Origin: a virus
Lineage: Duplodnaviria > Caudoviricetes
Virus record (IMG/VR): IMGVR_UViG_3300036389_000002
Span: 1 to 52,400 of that record
DNA length: 52,400 bases
Reading direction: 5' to 3' (one strand)
Shown here: positions 9,332 to 19,034 of the stretch, piece by piece
Position numbering within the stretch: position 1 is the first letter of the stretch
Layout: the number at the start of each line of letters is the position of its first letter
Program-made: the position numbers and the translations under genes
Notes under the pieces: model-generated
The model's database searches: none
Told to the model about the DNA's origin: nothing
Seen by the model: the letters and a program-made list of their open reading frames with translations, nothing else

Positions 9332-9865
9332 ATGGCATCACCATCAACTTATGAAACAAGAGGTCAGTGGGCATGGTCAATTATTGGTGGTAGCGGAACA
9401 CCTGCTATAGCAACGGGAACAGCTTCAGAACTCACCATTGAAGGGTTAGAGCGTGAGATTGACCAAGATAGACGTCCTGGGGCAGGAGGTGCGCTAAGCT
9501 ATGGCGGAGACTTTAACCCCATCACTGCAACGGTTAGTTTAATGAGCATCACCGATGGAGTTAGAAGCGCAGCGATGGAATCTGTGTGCTCAAATGCAAC
9601 AATAAATGCATCTGCTATTTTTCAAAATGTAAGAGATGCATGCGATATCGGTACGTACTCCATATCTATGCGCGGTATCCTGATTAAGTACCCTATTGGG
9701 TGGAAGTTCAGTACAGATAAAGGGGAGGCGGAGTTAGTACTAGGTGTGAACTATCTCACAGAAACATTTAAAGGTAAAACATTTACCTATAACCCTGATG
9801 AAATGGAATGGATATGGAATGGCACAAACTTATGGGCAAACCGGAAGTTAGCTTTGGGGATGTAG
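9332..9865 (+). CDS. Tail tube protein (P2 FII-like)
   Basis: 177 aa after sheath; C-terminus NGTNLWANRKLALGM resembles FII-type ends. Confidence 0.75.
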   Translation: MASPSTYETRGQWAWSIIGGSGTPAIATGTASELTIEGLEREIDQDRRPGAGGALSYGGDFNPITATVSLMSITDGVRSAAMESVCSNATINASAIFQNVRDACDIGTYSISMRGILIKYPIGWKFSTDKGEAELVLGVNYLTETFKGKTFTYNPDEMEWIWNGTNLWANRKLALGM

Positions 9866-10064
9866 AAATTGCGTTGATTGCAATTCATCAGAATTGAAAA
9901 AGCCTCGCCTTAAGCTATACTGCGTGTCTTCAGACCGCAATATGGCTTAACGCGATTCCTTTTTGTAGCCAGCTTTTATAAGTAGTGATCGCTTCATCGT
10001 TATCGTAACGTTATGGTAACCAGAAATCAATTTATAATGACTGTAGCTGTTTGTATATAGTGAC

Positions 10065-10637
10065 ATGACTACTGAGGCGATCGCATCCACAAACTCCGTT
10101 GTTCTTAGAGACGGTTCGCTCATTTTTACTGCTAAACCTTTGTGTGCATGGGCTTATTTCCTGTTTATTGAAAAATCACAGATGCCCGGAGAAACTGGCA
10201 ATCCAAGAGCAATAGGTTCTAGATTAGCGCAGGCATGGTTGTTTAGCGAAGCTTACACACTAAATAGCGAACCACTTACTGAAATACAATTGAATATCCT
10301 TAGTTTGACAATGCGCGAAGCTAACAGATTGCTGGTTCCTTTAACAAGCATTTCTGTAACAATTGATATACTGGATGATGCGGATACATTAGCAGAGTCT
10401 ACACACGTAAAGATTAAAGATCATGAGTATACGATGCTTCCAATTCCGTGGGAAGCGGCGGATAAGTGGTTAGCGGATGTTAGAGTTAGTGTTGCTCAAG
10501 CTTATAAGAATATGGCTAAGGGATATATTCGCCGTGATGGCGATCGCATCACTGATGATATGTTTAACAACCCTGAAATCTTAGGAATACAGGAGGGCAA
10601 GCTCTTTTTTGAGTGGGTAAAGTATGCAGTGAACTAA
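10065..10637 (+). CDS. Tail assembly chaperone
   Basis: Between tube and TMP. Confidence 0.55.
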   Translation: MTTEAIASTNSVVLRDGSLIFTAKPLCAWAYFLFIEKSQMPGETGNPRAIGSRLAQAWLFSEAYTLNSEPLTEIQLNILSLTMREANRLLVPLTSISVTIDILDDADTLAESTHVKIKDHEYTMLPIPWEAADKWLADVRVSVAQAYKNMAKGYIRRDGDRITDDMFNNPEILGIQEGKLFFEWVKYAVN

Positions 10638-10804
10638 TACCTGAGCGGTTAACCATCTTGAGAGTGTGCAAGTATATGGGCTGGTCGCTAGTGGATTTAC
10701 AATATTTTAAAGATTTGCATCACTTGAATGAGTGGCTTATTGAAATCATCAAAGAGATGAAGCGAGAGCAGCAAGAAATAAACAAGACTAAAAATCGCCT
10801 TTAA
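10613..10804 (+). CDS. Tail chaperone -1 frame extension (E'/GT-like)
   Basis: Overlaps previous ORF in -1 frame; GWS...LNEWL motif. Confidence 0.55.
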   Translation: MGKVCSELIPERLTILRVCKYMGWSLVDLQYFKDLHHLNEWLIEIIKEMKREQQEINKTKNRL

Positions 10805-11044
10805 GCCCTCTATTTTTTTAAAAATGATGAATCATACCATCATGTATATTAAAACCTTTTAAAAATGATTTTCGCGGCGTTGGCAGGGTAGATAGTCTCT
10901 AAGAGTGATTGTGATTTTCTAAAATATCCCTTTTTTAAATTAGAACGTAGCTAATAATTGTGGCTTACGTTTTTTTCTTTTGTTTTTCTTTTTTATTTTT
11001 CTTAATTTTCAACAGACTATCTTTCAAAAAATTTCGCGTGCGCT

Positions 11045-11200
11045 TTTATGTGTGTATTTTCTGCTTGTTTTTTTTTGAATGTTTTCTTTGAATATAGTAG
11101 AGCGGGGGAATCAACACTTCCGTAAATTAGAAATCCTCATTTACGTGAATTAGGATTCCCTGTTTACGTAAATGAGGAATCCTCCGTTACGTAAATGAGG
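11045..11200 (-). promoter_or_regulatory. Origin-like iteron array plus A-rich tract (second copy)
   Basis: Four 20-mers ~CCTCATTTACGTAAATGAGG at 11112, 11135, 11158, 11181 (23-bp period). Confidence 0.75.
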
Positions 11201-11211
11201 GGTTGCGCAAA

Positions 11212-13563
11212 ATGGCGAAACAGTTGATATTACAGGTTTTGGCGGATGTTGGTAACGCCATCGCTGGGTTGAAAAATGTTGGCGGCGCTTTAGATGACAT
11301 CTCCAAAAAAGCAAAGGACGTTGGTGGAAAAATGACGGACTTTGGAAAAAGTCTTGGTGCTGTGACCACTGTCCCAATCGTCGCTGCTTTAGGGGCTGCA
11401 ACTAAGACGGCGCTAGATTTTGACACCCAAATAGGTGATGCTGGGCGTGCATTGGATTTGCAAGGAGCTAAACTGGACAATTTCAAAAAGCAGATATTAG
11501 AAACTGCGCCAGCATTAGGACAAATGCCGACTAAGTTTGCGGAGATTGCCACGGAAGCTGGAAAGCTAGGTATAGCTGGCGATAAGGTAGTGGAGTTTGC
11601 TCAGTTGGTTAGCAAAGGTGTGATGGCGACAGGTGCCGATGCCATTGAAATGTCAAAAAACCTTGCAGCGCTTCAAACCATTACTGGGTCATCTGCGCAG
11701 GATATGGAGAAGTTGGTTGCTGCCGCTAACAAGGTAGATGATGCCATTGGTGGTTCCACGCCTGAAATCTTAGAATTTGTCCGCCAAACTGCTGCCGCAG
11801 GTAAGCTTGTGAATATCAACACAAAGGAACTGGCAGCGTACGGTGGCGCGATGCAAAGCTTAGGCATTCAAAACGGCGTAGCTTACCGTACTATGGGCAA
11901 GCTCATCACCACACTAGCTGCACCACAAGTGCTATCCAAAAACCAAATTGAAGGACTCAACGCTTTAGGTATTAGTGCGACCGAAATGGCGGCGAAGATG
12001 AAGGAGTCTGGTTCAGGCGGGGTGCAATTCTTCCTTGACAAAGTTAAATCTATTGCCACAACTGACCCACAGCGAGCGCTGGGTGCAGTTAAAGAACTAA
12101 TTGGTGCGGACTTTGGTGACGAAGTTTTGACAAGTGCTTTAGCCGTAGATAAATTTAAAGAAGCACTAAAGTATGCGGGGGATGATGCCGGGAACCTTGC
12201 CAAATTTCAAGCAGAGGTGGAAAAGAAAACCCAAGGAGTTGCAGGTCAAATTCAAGTCTTTAATGCTAACCTGGCTCAAGTAGGTATAACTATTGGTTCT
12301 GCCATCCTTCCTGCGCTAAATTCTTTACTCAGTATTTTGCTGCCAGTCATTCAAGCATTTGGGAAATTTGCAGAAGCTAATCCGGTATTGGTGCAGATAG
12401 GTGTGGGTGTTGCGGGATTGGTTGCTGCGATCGCACCTCTTATCATCATCATTGGCTCACTTATCACCGCAGCTGGTAGTATAGGCGCGGTAATGGGAAC
12501 AATTGCTCCAATACTTGCTGGGGTAACAGCGGCTGTTGGTGGTGCAGTTGCTGCTGTTGTCTCAGTACCAGGGTTGATTACTGTAGCGATTGCTGCGGCA
12601 GTCGCAGCTGTGGCATACGGAGTTTATCAAATCGTTACCCATTGGGATTCCATCAAAGCTGGCACAGCAGCAGCCTGGGACGCGGTTGTTGCTAAGATTG
12701 GGCAAGCAAAGGATGCGCTCTCGCAGAAGTGGACAGAACTGACAACCGCAGCAAGCACAGCATGGACAAATATCCAAAACACCATAAACCAAGCGGGTGC
12801 TAACATTCAAGCAAAGTGGACAGAACTCCAAACCAGCGCAGGTACAATCTGGGCTAGCATTCAAGCCCAGGTGCAATCAGCAGGGACGGCTATCTCACAA
12901 AAGTGGGTAGAGGTGCAAAATGCAACGAGCGCAGCGTGGACGGGCATTGTTGCTAAAGTCCAAGAAGGTGTAAGTACTGCAACCAAGGCGCTATCTGGTC
13001 TACCTGCTGCTTTCCAATCTTCCATGTCCAGCGCCTACAATGTTGTCCGCAATACGATGGCGCAAATCATCAAAGCAATTACGGACGCAGTATCTTCAAT
13101 GGTTAACGCGCTCAAGAACGCTGGCGCAAGTATGATGAATACCTTAGCTGATGGAATCAGAGGTGCCGCCAGTGCCCCAGTAAACGCGGTACAAGGCGCT
13201 ATGAGTGCGGTAAGGTCATATTTACCAGGAAGCGACGCTAAGCTAGGTGCGTTGTCAGATTTAACGGCATCTGGTCGCGCACTCTTGCAAACATTCGCCG
13301 ACGCGATGATGAGTAATGTTGCTCCAGTCCTTAAAGCTGCTTCTTCGGTTGCAAGCGCTGCGATGCCTAGTGAGCAAAGAGCGCCAATGTTGATGGGAAA
13401 TAATTCCTCATCCAGCATCACCATTAACTTTCAACCAACTGTTAACCTTTCAGGGTCTGCAAATCAGGATGATGGTAGAAAGTTACTTGCGCAAATGGAA
13501 AAATGGTCGAGTGAGATTTTGGATCTTTTAGATCGCAATCGTAGCAGAAATAATCGGAGGTAA
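11212..13563 (+). CDS. Tape measure protein (TP901-family core)
   Basis: Ala/Gly-rich, spaced-Trp repeats, PGSDAKLGALSDL motif; ATG 11212. Confidence 0.92.
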   Translation: MAKQLILQVLADVGNAIAGLKNVGGALDDISKKAKDVGGKMTDFGKSLGAVTTVPIVAALGAATKTALDFDTQIGDAGRALDLQGAKLDNFKKQILETAPALGQMPTKFAEIATEAGKLGIAGDKVVEFAQLVSKGVMATGADAIEMSKNLAALQTITGSSAQDMEKLVAAANKVDDAIGGSTPEILEFVRQTAAAGKLVNINTKELAAYGGAMQSLGIQNGVAYRTMGKLITTLAAPQVLSKNQIEGLNALGISATEMAAKMKESGSGGVQFFLDKVKSIATTDPQRALGAVKELIGADFGDEVLTSALAVDKFKEALKYAGDDAGNLAKFQAEVEKKTQGVAGQIQVFNANLAQVGITIGSAILPALNSLLSILLPVIQAFGKFAEANPVLVQIGVGVAGLVAAIAPLIIIIGSLITAAGSIGAVMGTIAPILAGVTAAVGGAVAAVVSVPGLITVAIAAAVAAVAYGVYQIVTHWDSIKAGTAAAWDAVVAKIGQAKDALSQKWTELTTAASTAWTNIQNTINQAGANIQAKWTELQTSAGTIWASIQAQVQSAGTAISQKWVEVQNATSAAWTGIVAKVQEGVSTATKALSGLPAAFQSSMSSAYNVVRNTMAQIIKAITDAVSSMVNALKNAGASMMNTLADGIRGAASAPVNAVQGAMSAVRSYLPGSDAKLGALSDLTASGRALLQTFADAMMSNVAPVLKAASSVASAAMPSEQRAPMLMGNNSSSSITINFQPTVNLSGSANQDDGRKLLAQMEKWSSEILDLLDRNRSRNNRR

Positions 13564-13564
13564 C

Positions 13565-14596
13565 ATGGCAGTAAAGCGTCCTATTATTAGCTATGTGTCT
13601 ATCAACTCTAGTGTTGGGACTACTAGCATTGGAAACTATATCAGCGATTTTTCATATACCGAAGAACCTGGCTTTGGTCGCTCACATTGTGAATTTACCC
13701 TTGACCCTAGCGCAACGCTTATTCCTCAAATTGGTGATGCGGTAGAAATTCAAGTGAAATATTCTTCTGATCCTGCCCCCAATAACATCACCACAGGAAC
13801 CCATAAGGTAAATGACGTTATTTATGACCATGCCCGCAAGGTTTACAACATTGGCATGAGTGCATTTGATTTTAATGGTGGTGCACTCAATGAAATTGGG
13901 TACAGCTATGACAATGCTAGTATCAGAGCAATTGTAGATACCCAAGCAACACAACTTAGTTTGACTGTCAATAATTTAAGCAACATCTCGGGTGCGATCG
14001 CAGGGTTTCAAACCCAAAACTCATCCAGTCAAACCGTTTACAGATTCTCAGGTAAAACCCGCGCTGAAATCTTAGAATCCCTTGCCCAGCAATATGGATT
14101 TTTGCTTAGAGTTAAAGCTGGAACCATTTTCTTCTATGATTTTTTAGATTTTGAAAATGCTTCTCCAGTACTCACGCTTTCACCAACCAGTATTGCTAGT
14201 GATTCAACTGCGCAGGTTCGCTTTTCTACTGATGGAGTTTATAGCGCAGTGCGTGTTCAGTACATGAGTGGTGGCTCTCCTATCACCAGTGACTTAAGTA
14301 TTCAGTACGCTAATGTGACCAATCGCATTCTTAACTTGCAATCAAAAGGAATCCTTTATAACGGAGAAAGCGCAGCGCGGTTCGCCTATGGGGCTGCTAA
14401 AGACAATAACAAAGAACAACAGGTTTTTACTGCTACGACTGAAGGCAACTGGCTTTATGTCTTGGGTGCGATCATCCAACTTTCTGGGTTTAATCAGGGA
14501 AATCATAAATACTTTCTTCGCAGATGCGTTCACACACTTAGGCAATCTGATTCATGGCGTACCATGATAGAATTGCAGCGAGTATTTAACATTTAG
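13565..14596 (+). CDS. Baseplate hub (P2 gpD / Mu gpP-like)
   Basis: LAQQYGFLLRVKAG motif, C-terminal beta segment, follows TMP. Confidence 0.75.
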   Translation: MAVKRPIISYVSINSSVGTTSIGNYISDFSYTEEPGFGRSHCEFTLDPSATLIPQIGDAVEIQVKYSSDPAPNNITTGTHKVNDVIYDHARKVYNIGMSAFDFNGGALNEIGYSYDNASIRAIVDTQATQLSLTVNNLSNISGAIAGFQTQNSSSQTVYRFSGKTRAEILESLAQQYGFLLRVKAGTIFFYDFLDFENASPVLTLSPTSIASDSTAQVRFSTDGVYSAVRVQYMSGGSPITSDLSIQYANVTNRILNLQSKGILYNGESAARFAYGAAKDNNKEQQVFTATTEGNWLYVLGAIIQLSGFNQGNHKYFLRRCVHTLRQSDSWRTMIELQRVFNI

Positions 14597-14642
14597 CTGG
14601 TTACCGTAACGTTACGATAACCATTAAAATGAGCGCAAAACT

Positions 14643-15035
14643 ATGTCTCTTCAATCTGGCAGCTTTGGCACTATCACCTTTGCTGTACCGGAAGTCTTAA
14701 AGATTGCGGTGCAGCAAACATCAGGATATGTTGAAATTCCGATTATCAATGGCTTCTCTCGTGTTCACTGGATATCTGACGAGCTTGATAGGATAAAAGT
14801 AGACTTTAAATTTAGCTCTATGCCTGGTGTGGGCTACAATACAAGCGCTAAAGCTCGGTTAGACTTGCTCCGCGCTGAAAAAGGTTCTACCACGCCTAAA
14901 GCGCTTACGATAGCAGGCGAAAACTTTGGTAATTACTTAGTGAAATCTATCAACTGGGAGGTGATATCCCAGGCGGGGACTATGAAACCTATAGTTGTAA
15001 CTGCTCAGGTAGAATTTCTAGCGAATCCAATTTAA
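14643..15035 (+). CDS. Tail protein (P2 gpU-like)
   Basis: GSFGTITF N-terminus, GENFGNYLVKSI. Confidence 0.7.
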   Translation: MSLQSGSFGTITFAVPEVLKIAVQQTSGYVEIPIINGFSRVHWISDELDRIKVDFKFSSMPGVGYNTSAKARLDLLRAEKGSTTPKALTIAGENFGNYLVKSINWEVISQAGTMKPIVVTAQVEFLANPI

Positions 15036-15309
15036 GGGAGGCAGTAATAAGATGAATAATTTTCTCCCTGGAATCATAGCCAGCCTCAACCAACGCTTGC
15101 TTTAATCCCTGTTCCAATTGTTTTGGTGACGCACTTGTCCCCTCCAAAAATGGGGAGGGTTCCAAGCCCCACGATTCATCATGGGGTAAAACAGATCCAC
15201 CCAAAAACCCTCCCCATTTTTGGTACGTGTTAGACCCCCGTGACATCAAAGTACGCTGTTGATATTCACCTTGTGCATCAATCTTCCCCGTGCCTTGGAT
15301 TGCTTTCAT
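14989..15309 (-). pseudogene. Hypothetical protein, probably truncated at insert junction
   Basis: Frame runs into the convergent gpU gene. Confidence 0.35.
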
Positions 15310-15314
15310 TCGGT

Positions 15315-15734
15315 TTAAACCTCCGGCATAATGACTGGAATGGGTTGATTCTTGTGCTTTCGATAGATGAGGAAGTCACTGTCTAAGGTCAAGACTTCGC
15401 TGCTAGGATACAGCTCTGCCATTCGTACTAAACTTGCATCGGCGAAGGAGATGGGAACGGAGCGATACCGGGTTAATAGCTCGGTGATTGACTCAACTTC
15501 CAAGTTAAACTGAAAAGCTACCAAAATTTGCTGACTTTTTAGTAATCCAACTAAAGTTTCTCGCCCATTATTCACACGCTGCAATAAGAACCATGCTTCT
15601 GAAAGCACTGCTTCACAGGAGAGTAGTGGAGGTTGGATTGTAGCAAGTTCTGTCGTTACCCAGGAGTGATGGTGATCGCGGCGATCAATAAGGGCTATGA
15701 GGGAACCAGTATCAAGGAGAACTTGCTGACGCAT
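15315..15734 (-). CDS. PIN-domain (VapC-type) toxin
   Basis: LLDTG, EAVLSE, SFADAS, TLDSDF acidic motifs. Confidence 0.9.
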   Translation of the reverse strand: MRQQVLLDTGSLIALIDRRDHHHSWVTTELATIQPPLLSCEAVLSEAWFLLQRVNNGRETLVGLLKSQQILVAFQFNLEVESITELLTRYRSVPISFADASLVRMAELYPSSEVLTLDSDFLIYRKHKNQPIPVIMPEV

Positions 15735-15967
15735 CAGGTACCATATCCTTTCATGTACTCAGGATTAGTAGAAAGATCTCCAGGACCAGAGCCTGCACCG
15801 ATATAGGCTTGGGCTGTTTCTAAGAACGATTGAACTGGTTCTATGTTCGCGGATGGTAATCTTTGCCGCTTGCTTTTGAGAAACTCTGCAAAGTCCAGAA
15901 CCTCTTGTTGCTCGGCAGGAGACAGTGTTTGGAGTGTTTCAATGACTTGTTGTTGAATGGGTTGCAT
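15734..15967 (-). CDS. Antitoxin (DUF2281-like)
   Basis: QQEVLDFAEFLK; overlaps toxin start. Confidence 0.8.
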   Translation of the reverse strand: MQPIQQQVIETLQTLSPAEQQEVLDFAEFLKSKRQRLPSANIEPVQSFLETAQAYIGAGSGPGDLSTNPEYMKGYGT

Positions 15968-16607
15968 AGGGAAAATCTTCGTCTAGCATTAAGATCAATT
16001 ATCATGCATGATATAGCAGCGCCGGTAATAGTACACCTGATATCAAAACTGATAACAGTACAGCAGTAAGACAGTAATTGATGGGAGAACTAGACAACAT
16101 GCTGACGTTAGAGAAATCTTTCTCAAGCGATTAAGCAGTTCAACAGAATAGCTCAAATACAGGTAGAAGTATGTTTGTAGAAGCTAGTGAGAAAGAACAC
16201 GAAAAAACTTGAACCCTCTCCCCCTAATACAGCACTGAACACAGACTATCGTATAGAAAAAGTACAGACAGCCTGACAACACTTTTCTACACCTCGTAGA
16301 GAAAGTATCTATACATAGGTTCACAAAATCAGAGTCAACAATATATCTATGCAACGCTGCAAACTCTATGTTGTGTTCGCGTTAGAGAAAGATTTACATG
16401 ACGGTGAAGCGTGCAAAAGGAACCAGTTGTCAATCACGCAGCGTGCCGTCAAGCCAGAGGCTTATCGCCTGTGAAATTGACCTTGAGATTGTTGAACTTC
16501 GTCAGCAAGAATCATACATATCGGCTACTTTTTTTTCATCAAAGAAATTGATCCTGGGGGATAATCAGACAGAAGAAATGTTTTGTCTGTTAACTCACTT
16601 CTTGACA

Positions 16608-17495
16608 ATGACCCCTCTTGCCCTGGTTCATTCCATACGCGAGCGCAAGCAGTTGCGACACCTAGCACCTGTTGACGCTCAACAAAAACTCATTCAAATG
16701 TGGCTGCACGGCAAAGCGACTTTAACTCAGTCAGCTTACCAACGCATTATCACCAAGTTTTTGGGCTTTGTGGGAAAATCCTTACTTGAAGTCACGCTTG
16801 AAGATTTACACGATTACTGGATGCAATTGGAAGCAGAGGGAAATTCTCCAGTCACCCAAGAAAATCACCTGTCGGCTATCAAGTCGCTGTTTTCTTTCGC
16901 TGCCAAGATGGAGTATATCCCCTTTAATGTCGGCTGCGCTCTCAAAGTTAAGAAATCTGACGACAATCTGACTGAGCGCTATTTGACGAAAGTTGAGGTG
17001 GACCTGCTCATTAATGGGGCTACAAACACTCGTGATTTTATCATCTTAACTTTACTTTATAAAGGAGGATTGCGAGTGAGTGAACTGTGTGGGCTTACAT
17101 GGAAAGATTTGATGCCACGCGGCGACGGTGGACAAATAACGGTACTAGGGAAGGGGAATAAACGGCGTTCTATCCGACTGCCATTAGACCTTTGGCAGCT
17201 TCTTTTAAGCTTGAGAGGAAATGCCCCACCTGATGCCCCGGTGTTTATTAGCCGCAAAACCAAAGGACACTTGCACAGACAGAACATTCACCCGATTGTT
17301 AAGGCTGCTGCATTGCGTGCAGGGGTGAATGAAAAAGCTTCGTGCCACTGGTTGCGCCATGCTCATGCCACGCACAGTATTCAAAAGGGTACGAACCTTG
17401 CTTTGATTCAGAAGACTTTGGGACACAGCAATATCGCGATTACTAGTAAATACTTACACGCATTGCCTGATGATAGCAGCGCTTTGTATTTGTAG
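16608..17495 (+). CDS. Tyrosine recombinase (XerC/D-like)
   Basis: GLRVSE, GKGNK, HWLRH, LGH, TSKY catalytic set; ATG 16608 likely. Confidence 0.92.
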   Translation: MTPLALVHSIRERKQLRHLAPVDAQQKLIQMWLHGKATLTQSAYQRIITKFLGFVGKSLLEVTLEDLHDYWMQLEAEGNSPVTQENHLSAIKSLFSFAAKMEYIPFNVGCALKVKKSDDNLTERYLTKVEVDLLINGATNTRDFIILTLLYKGGLRVSELCGLTWKDLMPRGDGGQITVLGKGNKRRSIRLPLDLWQLLLSLRGNAPPDAPVFISRKTKGHLHRQNIHPIVKAAALRAGVNEKASCHWLRHAHATHSIQKGTNLALIQKTLGHSNIAITSKYLHALPDDSSALYL

Positions 17496-17509
17496 GATAT
17501 TGACCCAGA

Positions 17510-17602
17510 GGAAGACGGGACTGGCTTTAGTTCGGCAGTTGTACTCTCAAGGGTTTGAGCGAGAAGATGTTCTTAATTTATTGGCTTTTGTAGACTGGTT
17601 GA
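17510..17602 (+). pseudogene. Fragment resembling Rpn-like cyanobacterial cytosolic protein
   Basis: LVRQLYSQGFEREDVLNLLAFVDWL, no clear start. Confidence 0.4.
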
Positions 17603-17609
17603 AATATGT

Positions 17610-17891
17610 CTACGCTATTGGCTTAAAGCCATATTTTTCAAATAAGTCATTCAATGCCTCAGCTAACAGTGTTTGGACAGTTTTATCTTGCGAGAGTGCC
17701 AGTTGCTTCAGTTGCTTAGATACAGCTGGGTCGAAGTGACCAGCGATTGCTTTCTTACCCTGCCTGCTTGGTGGTAGTTCGGGTTTTAAAGTCGATGACT
17801 GCTGCTGCAACTCTTCCTGTTTGGGTTCGCTAAAATCTGGTTTTCCTGATGCTTTGTGCAAAGCAGCCGCTAGGTTTGGTTTATTAGCCAT
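17610..17891 (-). CDS. Ribbon-helix-helix ParA partner (type Ib partition)
   Basis: KKAIAGHFDPAVSKQLKQLA...LLAEALNDLF. Confidence 0.85.
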   Translation of the reverse strand: MANKPNLAAALHKASGKPDFSEPKQEELQQQSSTLKPELPPSRQGKKAIAGHFDPAVSKQLKQLALSQDKTVQTLLAEALNDLFEKYGFKPIA

Positions 17892-17959
17892 GACTATACA
17901 TGTTGACGTGTATACAAGTTTATATGTTTACATTATAAGTTGTTTACCGGGGTTCCGAC

Positions 17960-18386
17960 TGGAAAAATAAGCCGTTGCGGGGTTTTGACTGGGAAATGAG
18001 CGTCGCATTTGGGCGAAGAAAATGAGCCAGCCTTTGTTGGTTGATTCGTCGGTGCTCACAGGTATTCGTTGTAATAAGGCTGGCTCATTTTCCCAGTTGG
18101 AACCCCGCTACGCCTTGGTTTTTGTTGATTCGTCGGCGCTCACGGGTACTCGTTCTTTAAAGGCTGGCTCATTTCTTTGCCCAAGTGCGTCGCCCTCTTG
18201 GGTTGATTCGGAAGCAAAACTACGTTCCGCTCCGCTAACACGATTTATCGTGTTGTTATTAGGGCGTCGCGGGGTTCCGTCTGGGAGAATGGGCAGGCTT
18301 TGTTTTTGTTGACTCGTCGGCGTAGTTGTGTACTCGTTGTATGAAGCCTGCCCATTCTCTTTGCCCAAATGCGTCGGCTTATTTTT
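17960..18386. repeat. Cluster of direct and inverted ~50-bp repeats between parA and RHH gene
   Basis: TTGATTCGTCGG.GCTCAC.GGTA.TCGTT...AAGGCTGGCTCATTT near 18041 and 18125, variant near 18309. Confidence 0.6.
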
Positions 18387-19034
18387 TTATCCCAATGCGT
18401 CACACATCCACTTGTAAACTTGTTGGATTTCCTCGGCAGCTTTGCCCAGAGGCTCGTACTCCTGTGCTGTTTGTCCTGCGGTGAGCGAGTGAACGAAAGC
18501 AGCGCGTTGACCTATCCTAATAGGGGCGATAGAAACGCCTAATGGTGCGATTGCGCGGAGCGCAGACGCCTTCAGGCGTATCGCTTCTACTGCTTCATCA
18601 GCCAATGAACCGCGAGGGGGAACAGCGTTGAGGACAACGGTTGCTGTTTTAGAAGCCAGATTGACCAAATCAATGGTGTCACCAATTGCGCGTAAATCAA
18701 GAATCGCTGGGCGGCAGGGAATCAAAATCAAGTCAGCAGCACGGATAGCAGCTAAGGCAGCAGTTTCTGAATGGGGAGCCGTATCAATAATGGCTAAGTC
18801 TGCACCATTATTGACGGCTGCTTCCAGAACTTTTGGCAAACGGGCGGCTTGTGCTGAGACGACAGCAGGGATTTCTTGTTTTCGACTGTCTCCCCAGCCA
18901 GCCGCAGAAGCTTGTGGATCTAGGTCGATAATCGCTGTTTCTTTGCCATCAATACAGGCTGCAACTGCTAAATGCACAGTCAGGGTGGTTTTGCCTGCAC
19001 CACCTTTTCTAGAGATGATAGCAACTGTTTTCAT
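18387..19034 (-). CDS. parA: ParA-family partition ATPase
   Basis: KGGAGKTT, IDLDPQ, IIDTAP. Confidence 0.93.
   Translation of the reverse strand: MKTVAIISRKGGAGKTTLTVHLAVAACIDGKETAIIDLDPQASAAGWGDSRKQEIPAVVSAQAARLPKVLEAAVNNGADLAIIDTAPHSETAALAAIRAADLILIPCRPAILDLRAIGDTIDLVNLASKTATVVLNAVPPRGSLADEAVEAIRLKASALRAIAPLGVSIAPIRIGQRAAFVHSLTAGQTAQEYEPLGKAAEEIQQVYKWMCDALG

Noticed and set aside
10605-10611. P2-like TTTTTTG slippery site
   Set aside because: A -1 shift there meets TGA immediately
11673-13424. Antisense ORFs within the TMP (and similar shadows in parA, helicase, MTase)
   Set aside because: Shadow frames of long genes without SD or motifs
16398-17495. Tyrosine recombinase as the prophage integrase
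   Set aside because: Internal position within a plasmid-like cassette, short Xer-type size, no att repeats seen at the prophage ends
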